Shown here in pieces: positions 10,340-20,129 of a stretch of DNA of 64,000 bases (the first letter of the stretch is position 1; the number at the start of each line of letters is the position of its first letter). A program made the translations under genes and the position numbers. Location of the stretch: the NCBI GenBank assembly GCA_026129525.1, contig JAHCHW010000003.1, positions 20,764-84,763 of the forward strand, in the 5' to 3' direction. The notes below the pieces were generated by a model. It saw nothing but the letters and a program-made list of their open reading frames with translations. It searched no databases and was not told the DNA's origin. Source of the stretch: Chitinophagales bacterium (GTDB taxonomy: Bacteria; Bacteroidota; Bacteroidia; Chitinophagales; LD1).

Positions 10340-13114
10340 ATGCAACGCATTTTTTTGTTCCTGTTTTTATCGGTTCCAGTGCTCGCTTTTGCTCAACTGA
10401 ATACGCTTACCGGAAGCATATTCGATGAAGTGAAAGGCAAACCTGCCGCCAACACAACTTTTAAGTTGAGTAAAGCTGATACGGCTTTCACATACACTAC
10501 CAATGCCGAAGGCAATTTTACGGTCGAAGTTCCTTCGGGTATTTATGTGTTGGATGTGGTGATAGGCGAAACCACTTACCGTTTAGGCGGTTACAACATT
10601 ACCGATGTGGTGGTGAACATTGGAACGGTGTATGTGAATACCGAAATTGACAGCGATGAACGAATGAATTTGGATAATGCACCTACGCTCTCCATTTCGG
10701 AAACCGATTTGCGCGAGGGCAGCGGGCAGGTGGTTTCAAGCGCTTTGAATGCCTCGCGCGATGCGTTTCTTTCTACCGCTTCATTTGTATTCAGCAATGC
10801 ACGCTTTCGCATTCGCGGGTACGATTTTGAAAACTTTACCACCTATATGAACGGGCTTCCGGTAAACGACTTGGAAGACGGAGGTGTGTTTTGGGGGCAA
10901 TGGGGCGGCTTAAACAATGTAATGTGGAACCGCGATAACAGCATTGGATTACAGCCTACCACTTACACTTTTGGCGGAGTAGGCGGAGCTTATTCTATTG
11001 ATTGTAGGGCGTCTGCCCAGCGGAAACAGTTGCAGGCATCGTATGCGGCTACCAACCGCACTTTTCGAAACAGGCTCATGCTTACTTACAGCACAGGATT
11101 GTTGAAAAAAGGTTGGGCGGTATCGGTTTCTGCATCGCGTAGGTGGGCATCGGAGGCTTATGTGCCCGGCACTTTCTACGATGGCTACTCGTATTTTCTT
11201 TCGGTAGAAAAACTTATCGGCAATAATCATTCGCTGGCGCTTACTGCCTTTGGTGCTTCAGTACGCAACGGGCGCTCGGCAGCTTCGGTGCAGGAAATGT
11301 ACGATATTGCCGGAACCAACTACTACAATCCTAACTGGGGCTATTTGAACGGGCGCAAGCGCAATGCGGTGGTGGGTAATACGCATCAGCCCATGTTTAT
11401 TTTTACCCACGAATGGGATATTAACGGCAAATCAAATTTGCTTACCTCGGCAGGTTTTACGTTTGGCAAAAGCGGAAGAACCGCATTAGACTGGAACAAT
11501 GCCCCTGACCCGCGCCCCGATTATTACAGATACTTACCAAGTTTTATTGAAGACAGCACCTTACAGGCTGTTGCCGAAAAAAACTTGCGCGATAACGAAT
11601 ACATACGCCAGATACGTTGGGACAGGCTTTACGAAGCCAACGCCATGAGTTGGGAAACCATTGACAGCGTAAACGGCATACCCGGCAACACCGTTACCGG
11701 CAAACGCGCGCGCTACATTATTGAAAATCGTGTGCAGGATATTAAGCGTTTTAATCTCGCTTCAACTTACAATAATACCGTTAATGACCATGTGGCGGTT
11801 ACTGCGGGCATCAATTATCAAATGCAACTATCGCGTAATTACAAAACGGTAGAAGATTTGCTGGGCGCTGATTTTTATGTGGACGTAAACCAGTTTGCCG
11901 AGCGCGATTTCCGCGACAGTTTCAGTTTTTACCAGAACGATGTTAACCACCCTAACCGCATTTTAAAAACGGGCGATAAGTTCGGTTACGATTACGTGAT
12001 GAACATTCACAAAGCAATGGCATGGGGGCAAGGCAACTTTAAGTTTAATCATATTGACTTTTTTGTGGCGGCTGAACTGTCCTTTACATCGTTTTGGCGC
12101 GATGGCAAAACCCGCGTAGGGCTTTTTCCGGATAATAGTTACGGCAAATCAGCCGTGCAGAATTTTTTCAACTATGCCTTTAAAGGCGGACTTACCTACA
12201 AAATTGACGGAAGAAATTACCTGTTCGCGAACGGGGCGTATGTATCGCGAGCGCCTTATTTCGAGGCGGCTTTTATTTCTCCGCGAACACGAAATCAGGT
12301 GGTTAATAATTTAAAGAGCGAAACCATTTACTCAGCCGAGTTGGGATACATTTTCCGTTCGCCACGAGTTAAGTTAAAGGCGAATCTCTTTTTCTCGCAG
12401 TTTAATGACGGCACACGCACCATGTCGTACTACCACGATGATTTCCGCACCTTGGTTAACTACACGCTCACCAATATTGACACGCGCCATTTGGGTGCCG
12501 AAATAGGAGCGGAGGCGAAAGTGTACAAGGGCTTTAGTGCAAGTGCGGTGGCATCGTTTGGTCGCTATACCTATATCTCTCGCCCCGATGCCACTATTAC
12601 ACAAGATAACAACCAAACCACGGTAAACAACGAAACCGTGTATGCCAAAAACTTCAACGTAGCAGGCACTCCGCAGTTGGCGTTATCGCTTGGCATCAAC
12701 TACCGCGACCCTAAGTTCTGGTTCTTCAACATTTATTTTAATTACTACGACTGGATGTGGCTCGACTTTAACCCATCGCGCAGAACCGAAGGCGCTGTTG
12801 ACCTTGTTGACCCCGAATCGCCTCAGTTTGCTTCTATCATCAATCAACAACGACTAAAGGGGCAGTTTACTATGGATATTTTTGCGGGCTATTCGTGGTT
12901 GCTCAACAATCAGTTTAAAGATTTGAAGAAGCGGCATTTTCTCATTTTTAATGTGGGCATAAGCAATGTAACCAACAATCGCAACTTTGTTACAGGCGGT
13001 TTTGAGCAGTTACGGTTCGATTACTTTGATAAAGATGTAAACAAGTTTGCCCCTAAATATTACTACGGCTTTGGCGCTACCTATTTTATCAGCGTGGCTT
13101 ACCGAATGCAGTAA
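10340..13114 (+). CDS. TonB-dependent receptor-family outer-membrane protein with N-terminal carboxypeptidase-regulatory-like domain
   Basis: Start set at ATG 10340 (MQRIFLFLFLSVPVLAFAQ signal peptide) rather than TTG 10295. Has a plug-like region (RIRGY, NGLPVND) and a long alternating beta-barrel sequence rich in aromatic/Gly turns. Confidence 0.75.
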   Translation: MQRIFLFLFLSVPVLAFAQLNTLTGSIFDEVKGKPAANTTFKLSKADTAFTYTTNAEGNFTVEVPSGIYVLDVVIGETTYRLGGYNITDVVVNIGTVYVNTEIDSDERMNLDNAPTLSISETDLREGSGQVVSSALNASRDAFLSTASFVFSNARFRIRGYDFENFTTYMNGLPVNDLEDGGVFWGQWGGLNNVMWNRDNSIGLQPTTYTFGGVGGAYSIDCRASAQRKQLQASYAATNRTFRNRLMLTYSTGLLKKGWAVSVSASRRWASEAYVPGTFYDGYSYFLSVEKLIGNNHSLALTAFGASVRNGRSAASVQEMYDIAGTNYYNPNWGYLNGRKRNAVVGNTHQPMFIFTHEWDINGKSNLLTSAGFTFGKSGRTALDWNNAPDPRPDYYRYLPSFIEDSTLQAVAEKNLRDNEYIRQIRWDRLYEANAMSWETIDSVNGIPGNTVTGKRARYIIENRVQDIKRFNLASTYNNTVNDHVAVTAGINYQMQLSRNYKTVEDLLGADFYVDVNQFAERDFRDSFSFYQNDVNHPNRILKTGDKFGYDYVMNIHKAMAWGQGNFKFNHIDFFVAAELSFTSFWRDGKTRVGLFPDNSYGKSAVQNFFNYAFKGGLTYKIDGRNYLFANGAYVSRAPYFEAAFISPRTRNQVVNNLKSETIYSAELGYIFRSPRVKLKANLFFSQFNDGTRTMSYYHDDFRTLVNYTLTNIDTRHLGAEIGAEAKVYKGFSASAVASFGRYTYISRPDATITQDNNQTTVNNETVYAKNFNVAGTPQLALSLGINYRDPKFWFFNIYFNYYDWMWLDFNPSRRTEGAVDLVDPESPQFASIINQQRLKGQFTMDIFAGYSWLLNNQFKDLKKRHFLIFNVGISNVTNNRNFVTGGFEQLRFDYFDKDVNKFAPKYYYGFGATYFISVAYRMQ

Positions 13115-13159
13115 ACAAAACACTATCTAAATTTCAAGAACTAAAATTAAAAACGCGAT

Positions 13160-14551
13160 ATGAACAAATTTTTCAGTTCTCTTACTCTCGCACTGCTTAC
13201 TCTAAGTTTTTCTTCGTGCCTTAAAGAAAATTACGATGCTCCGCCCACAGGCGGCAAAGACCCTAACATAGAGGTAAATATGACCATTGAGGCACTCAAA
13301 GCCATGTACAACGGCACCGCTTTTCAGATTACGGATGATTTTGTAATAAAGGGTTTGGTAGTAGCTGATGATAAAAGCGGCAACTTTTACAAAACCATTG
13401 TTATTGAAGACAGTACTGCGGGAATTTCCGTTCGTTTAGATAATACAAGTCTTTACACCGATTATCCTATTGGCAGAAGAATTTTTATTAAGTGCAAAGG
13501 GCTTTGGGTGGGCGCTTACGCCAATTTGATTCAACTGGGCGGCAGCATAAATACCGATGGAAATTTAGATGCTATACCCAGTACGCTTTTTGATAAGCAT
13601 ATTTTAAAGGGTGTTTACGGCTTACCGGTTATTCCTCATCCGGTTTCCATTGCACAGTTGAATAACACCTATCAAAACAAACTTATTGAACTGAACGATG
13701 TGGAGTTTAACCTGTCGGATGCAGGTAAGCCTTATGCCGATGCTGCCAACAAACAATCGCTTAACCGCACCATAAAAGATTGCTCCGGTAAAACCATTAT
13801 AGTACGCACCAGCGGCTATGCTTCGTTTGCGAGCCAGCTAACACCATCGGGCAACGGTAAACTGTTGGCGGTTTACACCGTGTACAACAGCACTGCACAA
13901 TTGGTGTTGCGTAGCCCGGCCGATTTAAAAATGGATACCACCCGCTGTGGTGGTGGGGTAGTGGTAAGCGGAAACGGCATTATGGGTATTCGCACTTTGT
14001 GGGCAGGAAGCGATGTAACTATTCCTTCCGGTAAAACCATTACAGGTATTGTTATTTCCGATAAGGACAATGCCAACACCGACCCTAAGAATTTAATTAT
14101 TCAGGATTCAACCGGTGGAATTGTAGTGCGCTTTACCGCTAACCATACTTATGCCTTAGGCGATGAAGTAACGGTTGATGTTTCGGGGCAGCAACTCACT
14201 TCATACAACGGATTGATTGAAGTAAACAATGTGCCCTCTTCAGCCGCCAGTAAAACAGGAACCGGCACTGTAACCCCACGCGTTGCCACAATAGCGCAAG
14301 TGCAGGCAAATGCCGATGCATGGGAGTCAACGCTTATTACCATTCAAAATGCTACCATTACCGGCACCGGCAGTACTTACAGTGGCACAAAAACTTTGAA
14401 TGACGGAACGGGAACATTATCGCACTACACCCGCTCGCAGGCAACGTTTTCTGCTACCGCACTTCCTTCGGGCAATAAGAGTTTTACGGGAGTGTTGGGC
14501 GATTTTAACGGTCCGCAACTCGCTATCCGCTCACTGAGCGATGTGCAGTAG
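13160..14551 (+). CDS. Surface lipoprotein partner of the receptor (DUF5689-like)
   Basis: 463 aa with signal peptide plus lipobox (LSFSSC). Its position immediately after the TonB-dependent receptor suggests a partner role. Family name is from memory only. Confidence 0.5.
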   Translation: MNKFFSSLTLALLTLSFSSCLKENYDAPPTGGKDPNIEVNMTIEALKAMYNGTAFQITDDFVIKGLVVADDKSGNFYKTIVIEDSTAGISVRLDNTSLYTDYPIGRRIFIKCKGLWVGAYANLIQLGGSINTDGNLDAIPSTLFDKHILKGVYGLPVIPHPVSIAQLNNTYQNKLIELNDVEFNLSDAGKPYADAANKQSLNRTIKDCSGKTIIVRTSGYASFASQLTPSGNGKLLAVYTVYNSTAQLVLRSPADLKMDTTRCGGGVVVSGNGIMGIRTLWAGSDVTIPSGKTITGIVISDKDNANTDPKNLIIQDSTGGIVVRFTANHTYALGDEVTVDVSGQQLTSYNGLIEVNNVPSSAASKTGTGTVTPRVATIAQVQANADAWESTLITIQNATITGTGSTYSGTKTLNDGTGTLSHYTRSQATFSATALPSGNKSFTGVLGDFNGPQLAIRSLSDVQ

Positions 14552-14636
14552 TAATCCCGTGTTCGTTTAGCTAAAACGCACGGATATTAGTTTGCCGGGA
14601 AGGCTTCATTTGTAAAAACATCCTACAATCAAATGT

Positions 14637-14709
14637 GTTCGACCCCGTTGGGGTCGCATGTTTATAGTTGTAGTGTTTCTAAAAACATACGACTCCGTAG
14701 GAGTCGAAC
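14637..14709. repeat. REP/MITE-like double-hairpin element
   Basis: GTTCGACCCCGTTGGGGTCGCATGTTT ... AAACATACGACTCCGTAGGAGTCGAAC. The two halves are inverted relative to each other, and each contains its own 7-bp hairpin (CGACCCC/GGGGTCG and CGACTCC/GGAGTCG). Confidence 0.6.
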
Positions 14710-14790
14710 AGTACCGTTAGTGGGTCATTGCCCTTTTGTTGGATATATTCACGCCTCCGTTAAAGAACTTAATTCACCGGGTATCTTTTC

Positions 14791-15420
14791 ATGAACATCA
14801 TTGAACAATTCAAAACCGTTTTTGAACCCGAACTTTTAAAGGAACTCGAAGCCAACGCCAAGCCCGTTTCCGCCAAAGCCGGAGATGTAATTCTCGACAT
14901 TGGGCAAACCGTGCGGAATATCCCGTTGTTGCTTTCGGGCACCGTAAAAGTTTCGCGGGTGGACGAGGAAGGCAAGGAGCTTTTGCTCTATTACGTAAAC
15001 CCCAGCGAAACCTGCGCCATGACTTTTACCTGCTGCATGGAGCAACACCCCAGCGAAATAAAAGCCGTAGCCGAAGACGATGTGGAAATGCTGATGCTGC
15101 CCATTAAAGTGATGGACGAATGGCTGATGAAGTATCCCACATGGAAAAGTTTTGTGATGACCACCATTCGCAACCGCTTTAACGAGATGCTAAAGACCAT
15201 TGACCAGATTGCTTTTACCAAACTTGATGAAAGACTGGTTCGCTACCTTAAAGAAAAATCGAAAGCCACCGGCTCATCGCTCATCAATCTTTCGCACGAA
15301 CAAATTGCCAACGAGTTGGCTACTTCGCGCGTGGTGGTTTCCCGCTTACTAAAAAAACTGGAAAGCGATGGCAAAGTGTTGCTGTACCGCAATCAGATTA
15401 AACTGCTGAAAGATTTGTAA
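14791..15420 (+). CDS. Crp/Fnr-family transcriptional regulator
   Basis: 209 aa with an N-terminal cNMP-binding-like beta-roll and a C-terminal HTH (SHEQIANELATSRVVVSRLLKKLE). Confidence 0.85.
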   Translation: MNIIEQFKTVFEPELLKELEANAKPVSAKAGDVILDIGQTVRNIPLLLSGTVKVSRVDEEGKELLLYYVNPSETCAMTFTCCMEQHPSEIKAVAEDDVEMLMLPIKVMDEWLMKYPTWKSFVMTTIRNRFNEMLKTIDQIAFTKLDERLVRYLKEKSKATGSSLINLSHEQIANELATSRVVVSRLLKKLESDGKVLLYRNQIKLLKDL

Positions 15421-15430
15421 CATTTGTTAC
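15417..15430. promoter_or_regulatory. Perfect palindrome GTAAC-N4-GTTAC (candidate operator)
   Basis: Overlaps the regulator stop codon and lies 36 nt upstream of the MFS ATG. Related boxes occur at 16717-16730 and 17827-17840. Confidence 0.35.
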
Positions 15431-15465
15431 GGAGAGGCTTATCTTCATAGGCGATATTCGCCAGA

Positions 15466-16713
15466 ATGAAACACGGTCTTCGCGAAAATGCTTTTCAGTT
15501 TGGGCTGCTGGTGTTGGTCAATGCCTTTGTGGGTGCTATGGTGGGTTTGGAACGCGCTATTGTTCCGGGCTTTGGCAAAGAACTATTCAGTATTGACGGC
15601 AACACGGCACTGCTTTCGTTTATAGCGGCATTTGGTATCAGCAAAGCGCTGAGCAATTATGCGGTGGCGCATCTTTCTAAAAAATTTAATCGCAAAACCA
15701 TTTTGTTGTTGGGTTGGGCATTCGCTTTACCTGTTCCCTTTTTATTGATGTATGCACCTAACTGGAATTGGATAATTGCGGCTAACATTTTGCTCGGCAT
15801 CAATCAGGGTTTGGCTTGGAGCAGTACGGTAATTATGAAGATTGACATTGTAGGCGAAAAAGATCGCGGGCTGGCAATGGGTATCAACGAATTTGCGGGC
15901 TACTTGTCGGTGGGCTTGGCTTCGTACCTTGCGGCTTACATTGCAGGAGAATACGGTTATGCTTTCTTCCCGTTTCTGCCGGGTGTTGTTTTTGTGGTGC
16001 TCGGTTTTCTTGTTACGCTTCTTTGGGTAAAAGACACTTCATCCTTTGTTCATGCCGAAAGTGCAACAAGCAGCGTTCCTTTGTTGAATAATGTTTGGAA
16101 AGAAACCACCTACAAGCATCGCAACATCGGCTCTGTTACACTCAACGGTTTGGTGAACAACATGAACGATGGAGTTATTTGGGGATTGCTGCCTGTGTTG
16201 TTGCTTCAAAAGGATTTTAGCTTAAGCCAGATTGGTCTGGTGGCGGGTATTTACCCTGCTGTTTGGGGAATGGCTCAATTGTTTACAGGGAAACTGGGCG
16301 ATGTGTGGTGCAAAAAACAACTCATTTCCTCCGGTATGTATTCGCAGGCTGTTGCCATTATTCTTATCGCTTTTTCATCTGCTTTGCCTTTGTTAATCGT
16401 AGCTTCTGTTTTGCTTGGACTGGGAACTGCGCTGGTGTATCCCAATTTTCTTTCGGTGGTGGCTGAAAACACACATCCTTCGCAAAGGGCAGAGAGTTTG
16501 AGCATTTTTCGCCTGTGGCGCGACAGCGGCTATGTGGCAGGCGCTTTGTTAAGCGGAGTATTGGCAGATGTATTCGGAATTGTGTATGCCCTCGGAATTG
16601 TTGCCGCTATTACTGCCATTGCCGGATACATAGCGGAAAGAAGAATGTGCTGCACTAAAAAAGTTTTTTGGAAGTCGGAAATATGCGATGCACCGCTGGC
16701 GGGGGTGTATTGA
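15466..16713 (+). CDS. MFS transporter
   Basis: 415 aa with about 12 hydrophobic segments and the typical MFS loop motif GEKDRGLAMG. Confidence 0.8.
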   Translation: MKHGLRENAFQFGLLVLVNAFVGAMVGLERAIVPGFGKELFSIDGNTALLSFIAAFGISKALSNYAVAHLSKKFNRKTILLLGWAFALPVPFLLMYAPNWNWIIAANILLGINQGLAWSSTVIMKIDIVGEKDRGLAMGINEFAGYLSVGLASYLAAYIAGEYGYAFFPFLPGVVFVVLGFLVTLLWVKDTSSFVHAESATSSVPLLNNVWKETTYKHRNIGSVTLNGLVNNMNDGVIWGLLPVLLLQKDFSLSQIGLVAGIYPAVWGMAQLFTGKLGDVWCKKQLISSGMYSQAVAIILIAFSSALPLLIVASVLLGLGTALVYPNFLSVVAENTHPSQRAESLSIFRLWRDSGYVAGALLSGVLADVFGIVYALGIVAAITAIAGYIAERRMCCTKKVFWKSEICDAPLAGVY

Positions 16714-16779
16714 ATTGTAACAAAAGTAACCGACTGCAAATACGCGGTTGCCGACTTTTGCATCATAAAATCATTCATT

Positions 16780-16986
16780 ATGAAACCAAACATGGGAACC
16801 CTCGACAGAATTATCAGAACACTGCTGGCAGTGGTTATAGTTGCGCTCTATTTTACGAACACCATTAGTGGCACTTTGGGTATAGTGCTTTTAGTATTGG
16901 CAGGTGTATTTCTATTGACAAGCGCCATCAGTTTTTGTCCGCTTTACCCGCTGTTGGGCATCAATACTTGTGGCAATAAAAAATAA
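16780..16986 (+). CDS. DUF2892 (YgaP-like) small membrane protein
   Basis: 68 aa with the GTLDRIIR start, two TM helices and a C-terminal CPLY motif, as in the DUF2892 family associated with rhodaneses. Confidence 0.7.
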   Translation: MKPNMGTLDRIIRTLLAVVIVALYFTNTISGTLGIVLLVLAGVFLLTSAISFCPLYPLLGINTCGNKK

Positions 16987-16992
16987 CAAAGC

Positions 16993-17808
16993 ATGATTAT
17001 CGTATCTTATCTCGCAGCCGCTATTATCGGACTTTCATTGGGCTTAATTGGCGGTGGCGGTTCCATATTAACCGTTCCGGTGCTGGTGTATTTGTTTGGT
17101 GTAGAGCCGGTGGTTGCCACAGCTTATTCACTTTTTATTGTAGGCACTACTGCACTGGTGGGCGCTTTCCCCAAATTCAGGCAAGGGTTAGTGAATATTA
17201 AAACCGCTATCATATTCGGTATTCCGTCTATTGCTGCCGTGTTTGCTACGCGGGCGTTTATTGTGCCGCTTATACCTAAAGAAGTGTTTACCATAGGCGA
17301 TTTTGTTGTAACCAAAAACATTTTGATGATGCTGCTGTTTGCCATACTTATGGTAGCGGCATCGGTTTCTATGATTCGCGAAAAAAGAAGCGAAAACGGA
17401 AATGGCGAAGAGCAGGAACTGAAGTTCAACATACCATTAATTTTTGTGGAAGGAATTATTGTAGGAACGCTCACAGGTTTGGTAGGCGCAGGAGGAGGAT
17501 TTTTAATCATCCCCGCCTTGGTGTTGCTGAGTAAGTTGCCAATGAAACAAGCGGTAGGCACATCGCTGTTGATTATAGCCGCTAAATCACTCATTGGTTT
17601 TACGGGCGATTTGGCACATCTCGAAATGGATTGGTTCTTACTGTTCAGCGTAACTGCAGTAGCCGTTGCCGGAATTTTTGTGGGCGATATATTCAGCAAG
17701 AAAGTAGATGGCTTGAAACTCAAAAAAGGTTTCGGATGGTTTGTGCTGGTAATGGGGGTTTACATCATCGTTAAAGAGTTGTATTTCCCCACAGGCGGAG
17801 GGCACTGA
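16993..17808 (+). CDS. TauE/SafE-family sulfite/anion exporter
   Basis: 271 aa, multi-pass, with duplicated GGGGS/GAGGGF Gly-rich motifs. Confidence 0.8.
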   Translation: MIIVSYLAAAIIGLSLGLIGGGGSILTVPVLVYLFGVEPVVATAYSLFIVGTTALVGAFPKFRQGLVNIKTAIIFGIPSIAAVFATRAFIVPLIPKEVFTIGDFVVTKNILMMLLFAILMVAASVSMIREKRSENGNGEEQELKFNIPLIFVEGIIVGTLTGLVGAGGGFLIIPALVLLSKLPMKQAVGTSLLIIAAKSLIGFTGDLAHLEMDWFLLFSVTAVAVAGIFVGDIFSKKVDGLKLKKGFGWFVLVMGVYIIVKELYFPTGGGH

Positions 17809-17907
17809 TTAACAGGGCGGGGAATTGTAACAAAAGTAGCTGACATGCCCCCTCGCCACATTGTATTTTTGTATCGTAATTTTAAACAGGAATAAAATCA
17901 AACAACT

Positions 17908-19323
17908 ATGAAAGTAGAACAAATTTATACCGGATGTTTGGCACAAGGTGCTTACTACATCACCAGCAATGGCGAAGCCGCTATTATTGACCCGCTCCGC
18001 GAAACACTTCCTTACATTGAAAGATTAGATAAGGATAATGTGAAGTTGAAATACATTTTCGAAACACATTTCCATGCCGATTTTGTTTCGGGGCACTTAG
18101 ACCTTAGCCGCAAAACAGGTGCACCCATTGTGTATGGTCCTACTGCCAAGCCGGAGTTCGATGCCATTATTGCTACCGATGGACAAATTTTTGAACTGGG
18201 CGATGTAAAAATTAAAGTGTTGCACACGCCCGGTCACACCATGGAGAGCACTACTTATTTGCTGATTGATGAAGACGGAAGAGACTACGCCATTTTCTCG
18301 GGCGATACTTTATTCCTGGGCGATGTAGGTCGCCCCGATTTAGCGCAGAAAGCCGCCCACATGACTCAGGAACAACTTGCCGGATTGCTTTACGAAAGCT
18401 TGAACAGCAAAATTATGCCGCTGGCAGATGATGTAATTGTTTACCCTGCTCACGGTGCCGGAAGCGCCTGCGGCAAAAACATGATGAAAGAAACGGTGGA
18501 TACGCTCGGCAATCAAAAGAAAATGAACTACGCGCTCAATCAGCCGAACAAAGAAGCGTTTATTAAAGCAGTAACCGAAGGTTTAACTCCCCCTCCCGGA
18601 TATTTCGGAATGAACGTAGCCATGAACAAAAAGGGTTACGAAAGTTTCGAAGAAGTATTGAACCACGGAATGAGAGCGTTAACGCCTGCCGAGTTTGAAG
18701 TAGCGGCTGAAGAATCGGGTGCGCTTATTTTGGACGCTCGTTCTGCAAAAATTTTCTGGAAAGGATTTATTCCTCAATCTGTCAACATTGGTATTGATGG
18801 CGATTTTGCTCCGTGGGTGGGCGCCATGATTGTGGATGTGAAGCAACCGATATTGTTGGTTACCGAGCCGGGCAAAGAAGAAGAAACTGTTACACGCCTT
18901 AGCCGTGTGGGATTCGATAACGTACTCGGTCATTTGAAAGGCGGCTTTGACGCATGGAAAAATGCCGGCAAAGAAGTAGATACAGTAAACAGAATTACTG
19001 CCGAAGAATTTGCCGCAAAAGCCGATGTAAAAAAAGATGTGATAGTGGATGTGCGTAAAGAAACCGAATACGCTGCCGAGCATGTGGAAGATGCTTACAG
19101 CAAACCGCTGGCTTACATTAACGAATGGATTAAAGACATCAATCCGCAGCAGCATTTTTACCTGCACTGTGCCGGTGGTTACCGCAGTATGATAGCTGCC
19201 AGTATTTTACAGGCGCGCGGCTACCGCAACTTTACCGAAGTGGACGGAGGTTTTAATGCCATAGCAAAAACAAATGTTCCTAAAACAAACTACGTGTGCC
19301 AAAGCAAAGTGCTGAAGGCATAA
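17908..19323 (+). CDS. Persulfide dioxygenase (MBL fold) fused to two rhodanese-like domains (CstB-like)
   Basis: 471 aa. The N-terminal part has the HFHADFVSGH metallo-beta-lactamase motif. The C-terminal rhodanese has the active-site loop CAGGYRS. Confidence 0.85.
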   Translation: MKVEQIYTGCLAQGAYYITSNGEAAIIDPLRETLPYIERLDKDNVKLKYIFETHFHADFVSGHLDLSRKTGAPIVYGPTAKPEFDAIIATDGQIFELGDVKIKVLHTPGHTMESTTYLLIDEDGRDYAIFSGDTLFLGDVGRPDLAQKAAHMTQEQLAGLLYESLNSKIMPLADDVIVYPAHGAGSACGKNMMKETVDTLGNQKKMNYALNQPNKEAFIKAVTEGLTPPPGYFGMNVAMNKKGYESFEEVLNHGMRALTPAEFEVAAEESGALILDARSAKIFWKGFIPQSVNIGIDGDFAPWVGAMIVDVKQPILLVTEPGKEEETVTRLSRVGFDNVLGHLKGGFDAWKNAGKEVDTVNRITAEEFAAKADVKKDVIVDVRKETEYAAEHVEDAYSKPLAYINEWIKDINPQQHFYLHCAGGYRSMIAASILQARGYRNFTEVDGGFNAIAKTNVPKTNYVCQSKVLKA

Positions 19324-19358
19324 ACAAAAATATGTGACGAGGGTTCACAGGTGGTGGT

Positions 19359-19392
19359 AACTCCCTCTCTGAAAAACGGGAGGGAGTTTTTT
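19359..19392 (+). terminator. Rho-independent terminator
   Basis: AACTCCCTC...GAGGGAGTT stem followed by tttttt, 36 nt after the stop at 19323. Confidence 0.7.
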
Positions 19393-19431
19393 AACCCTTC
19401 AAATTTTTTTAAAAACTAAAAACAAGAAATC

Positions 19432-19737
19432 ATGTTTAACTTTTTTGGAAGCACAAAAACCGGTAACGAAGAATTAAAGCAGCAAATAGCAGCCGGAGCA
19501 TTTTTGGTGGATGTTCGCACCCCCGAAGAATTTCGCTACGGAAGCGCAAAAGGAGCCGTAAACATTCCGCTCGATAGTTTGCAAAACAACCTCAAAAAGT
19601 TTGAGGGCAAAAATCACATAGTGGTTTTCTGTCGCAGCGGCAATCGCTCGGCACAAGCGAAAAGAATATTGGAAAGCAATGGCTTTAAAAACGTAACCAA
19701 TGGCGGCACATGGGAAGATGTGGCTGACCTGGTTTAA
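19432..19737 (+). CDS. Single-domain rhodanese sulfurtransferase (cytoplasmic)
   Basis: 101 aa, no signal peptide, active-site loop CRSGNRS. Confidence 0.85.
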   Translation: MFNFFGSTKTGNEELKQQIAAGAFLVDVRTPEEFRYGSAKGAVNIPLDSLQNNLKKFEGKNHIVVFCRSGNRSAQAKRILESNGFKNVTNGGTWEDVADLV

Positions 19738-19748
19738 AACCTAAACAG

Positions 19749-20120
19749 ATGAAAACACTATTGATAACACGCAGCGGAATACTTGCCGTGGTGGCAATGT
19801 TGTTGGTTGGCTTACTCTCCGCCTGCAATACTTCCAATAAAAACGAGTTGCCTTATGCCGATTCTTTTCTCGTAGATGTTCGCACTCCGCAAGAGTTTAA
19901 CGAGGGAAGTGTAAAAGGAGCGGTTAATATTCCGCTCAGCGAAATTGAATCGCGCATTGACGAGTTTAAAGGTAAAAAGCAGATAGTGGTTTTTTGCCGC
20001 AGCGGCAGCCGCAGTACCGAAGCCAAAAGAATATTAGAGGCAAATGGTGTTACCGGAGTAGTAAATGGCGGTCCTTGGCAAAATGTGGCAGCCGAACTGG
20101 AAAAGCAAGCTAAAAAGTAA
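19749..20120 (+). CDS. Single-domain rhodanese sulfurtransferase (lipoprotein)
   Basis: 123 aa, signal peptide with lipobox LLSAC, active-site loop CRSGSRS. Confidence 0.85.
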   Translation: MKTLLITRSGILAVVAMLLVGLLSACNTSNKNELPYADSFLVDVRTPQEFNEGSVKGAVNIPLSEIESRIDEFKGKKQIVVFCRSGSRSTEAKRILEANGVTGVVNGGPWQNVAAELEKQAKK

Positions 20121-20129
20121 GAATACCTA

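Noticed and set aside
17124-17723. 199-aa ORF antisense to the TauE/SafE gene
   Set aside because: It lies entirely inside a well-supported membrane-protein gene on the other strand. Its low-complexity S/T/P/N-rich translation is typical of a shadow ORF.
18679-19167. 162-aa antisense ORF inside the PDO-rhodanese gene; similar cases at 28869-29291, 49708-50223, 50916-51368 and 22818-23213
   Set aside because: All are embedded antisense in genes with clear family motifs, and none has a recognisable motif. I treated them as shadow ORFs.
19333-19350. CRP-like palindrome TGTGA-N7-TCACA downstream of the PDO-rhodanese gene
   Set aside because: The spacing is 7 rather than the canonical 6. It sits between a stop codon and a terminator rather than in a promoter, and it occurs only once.
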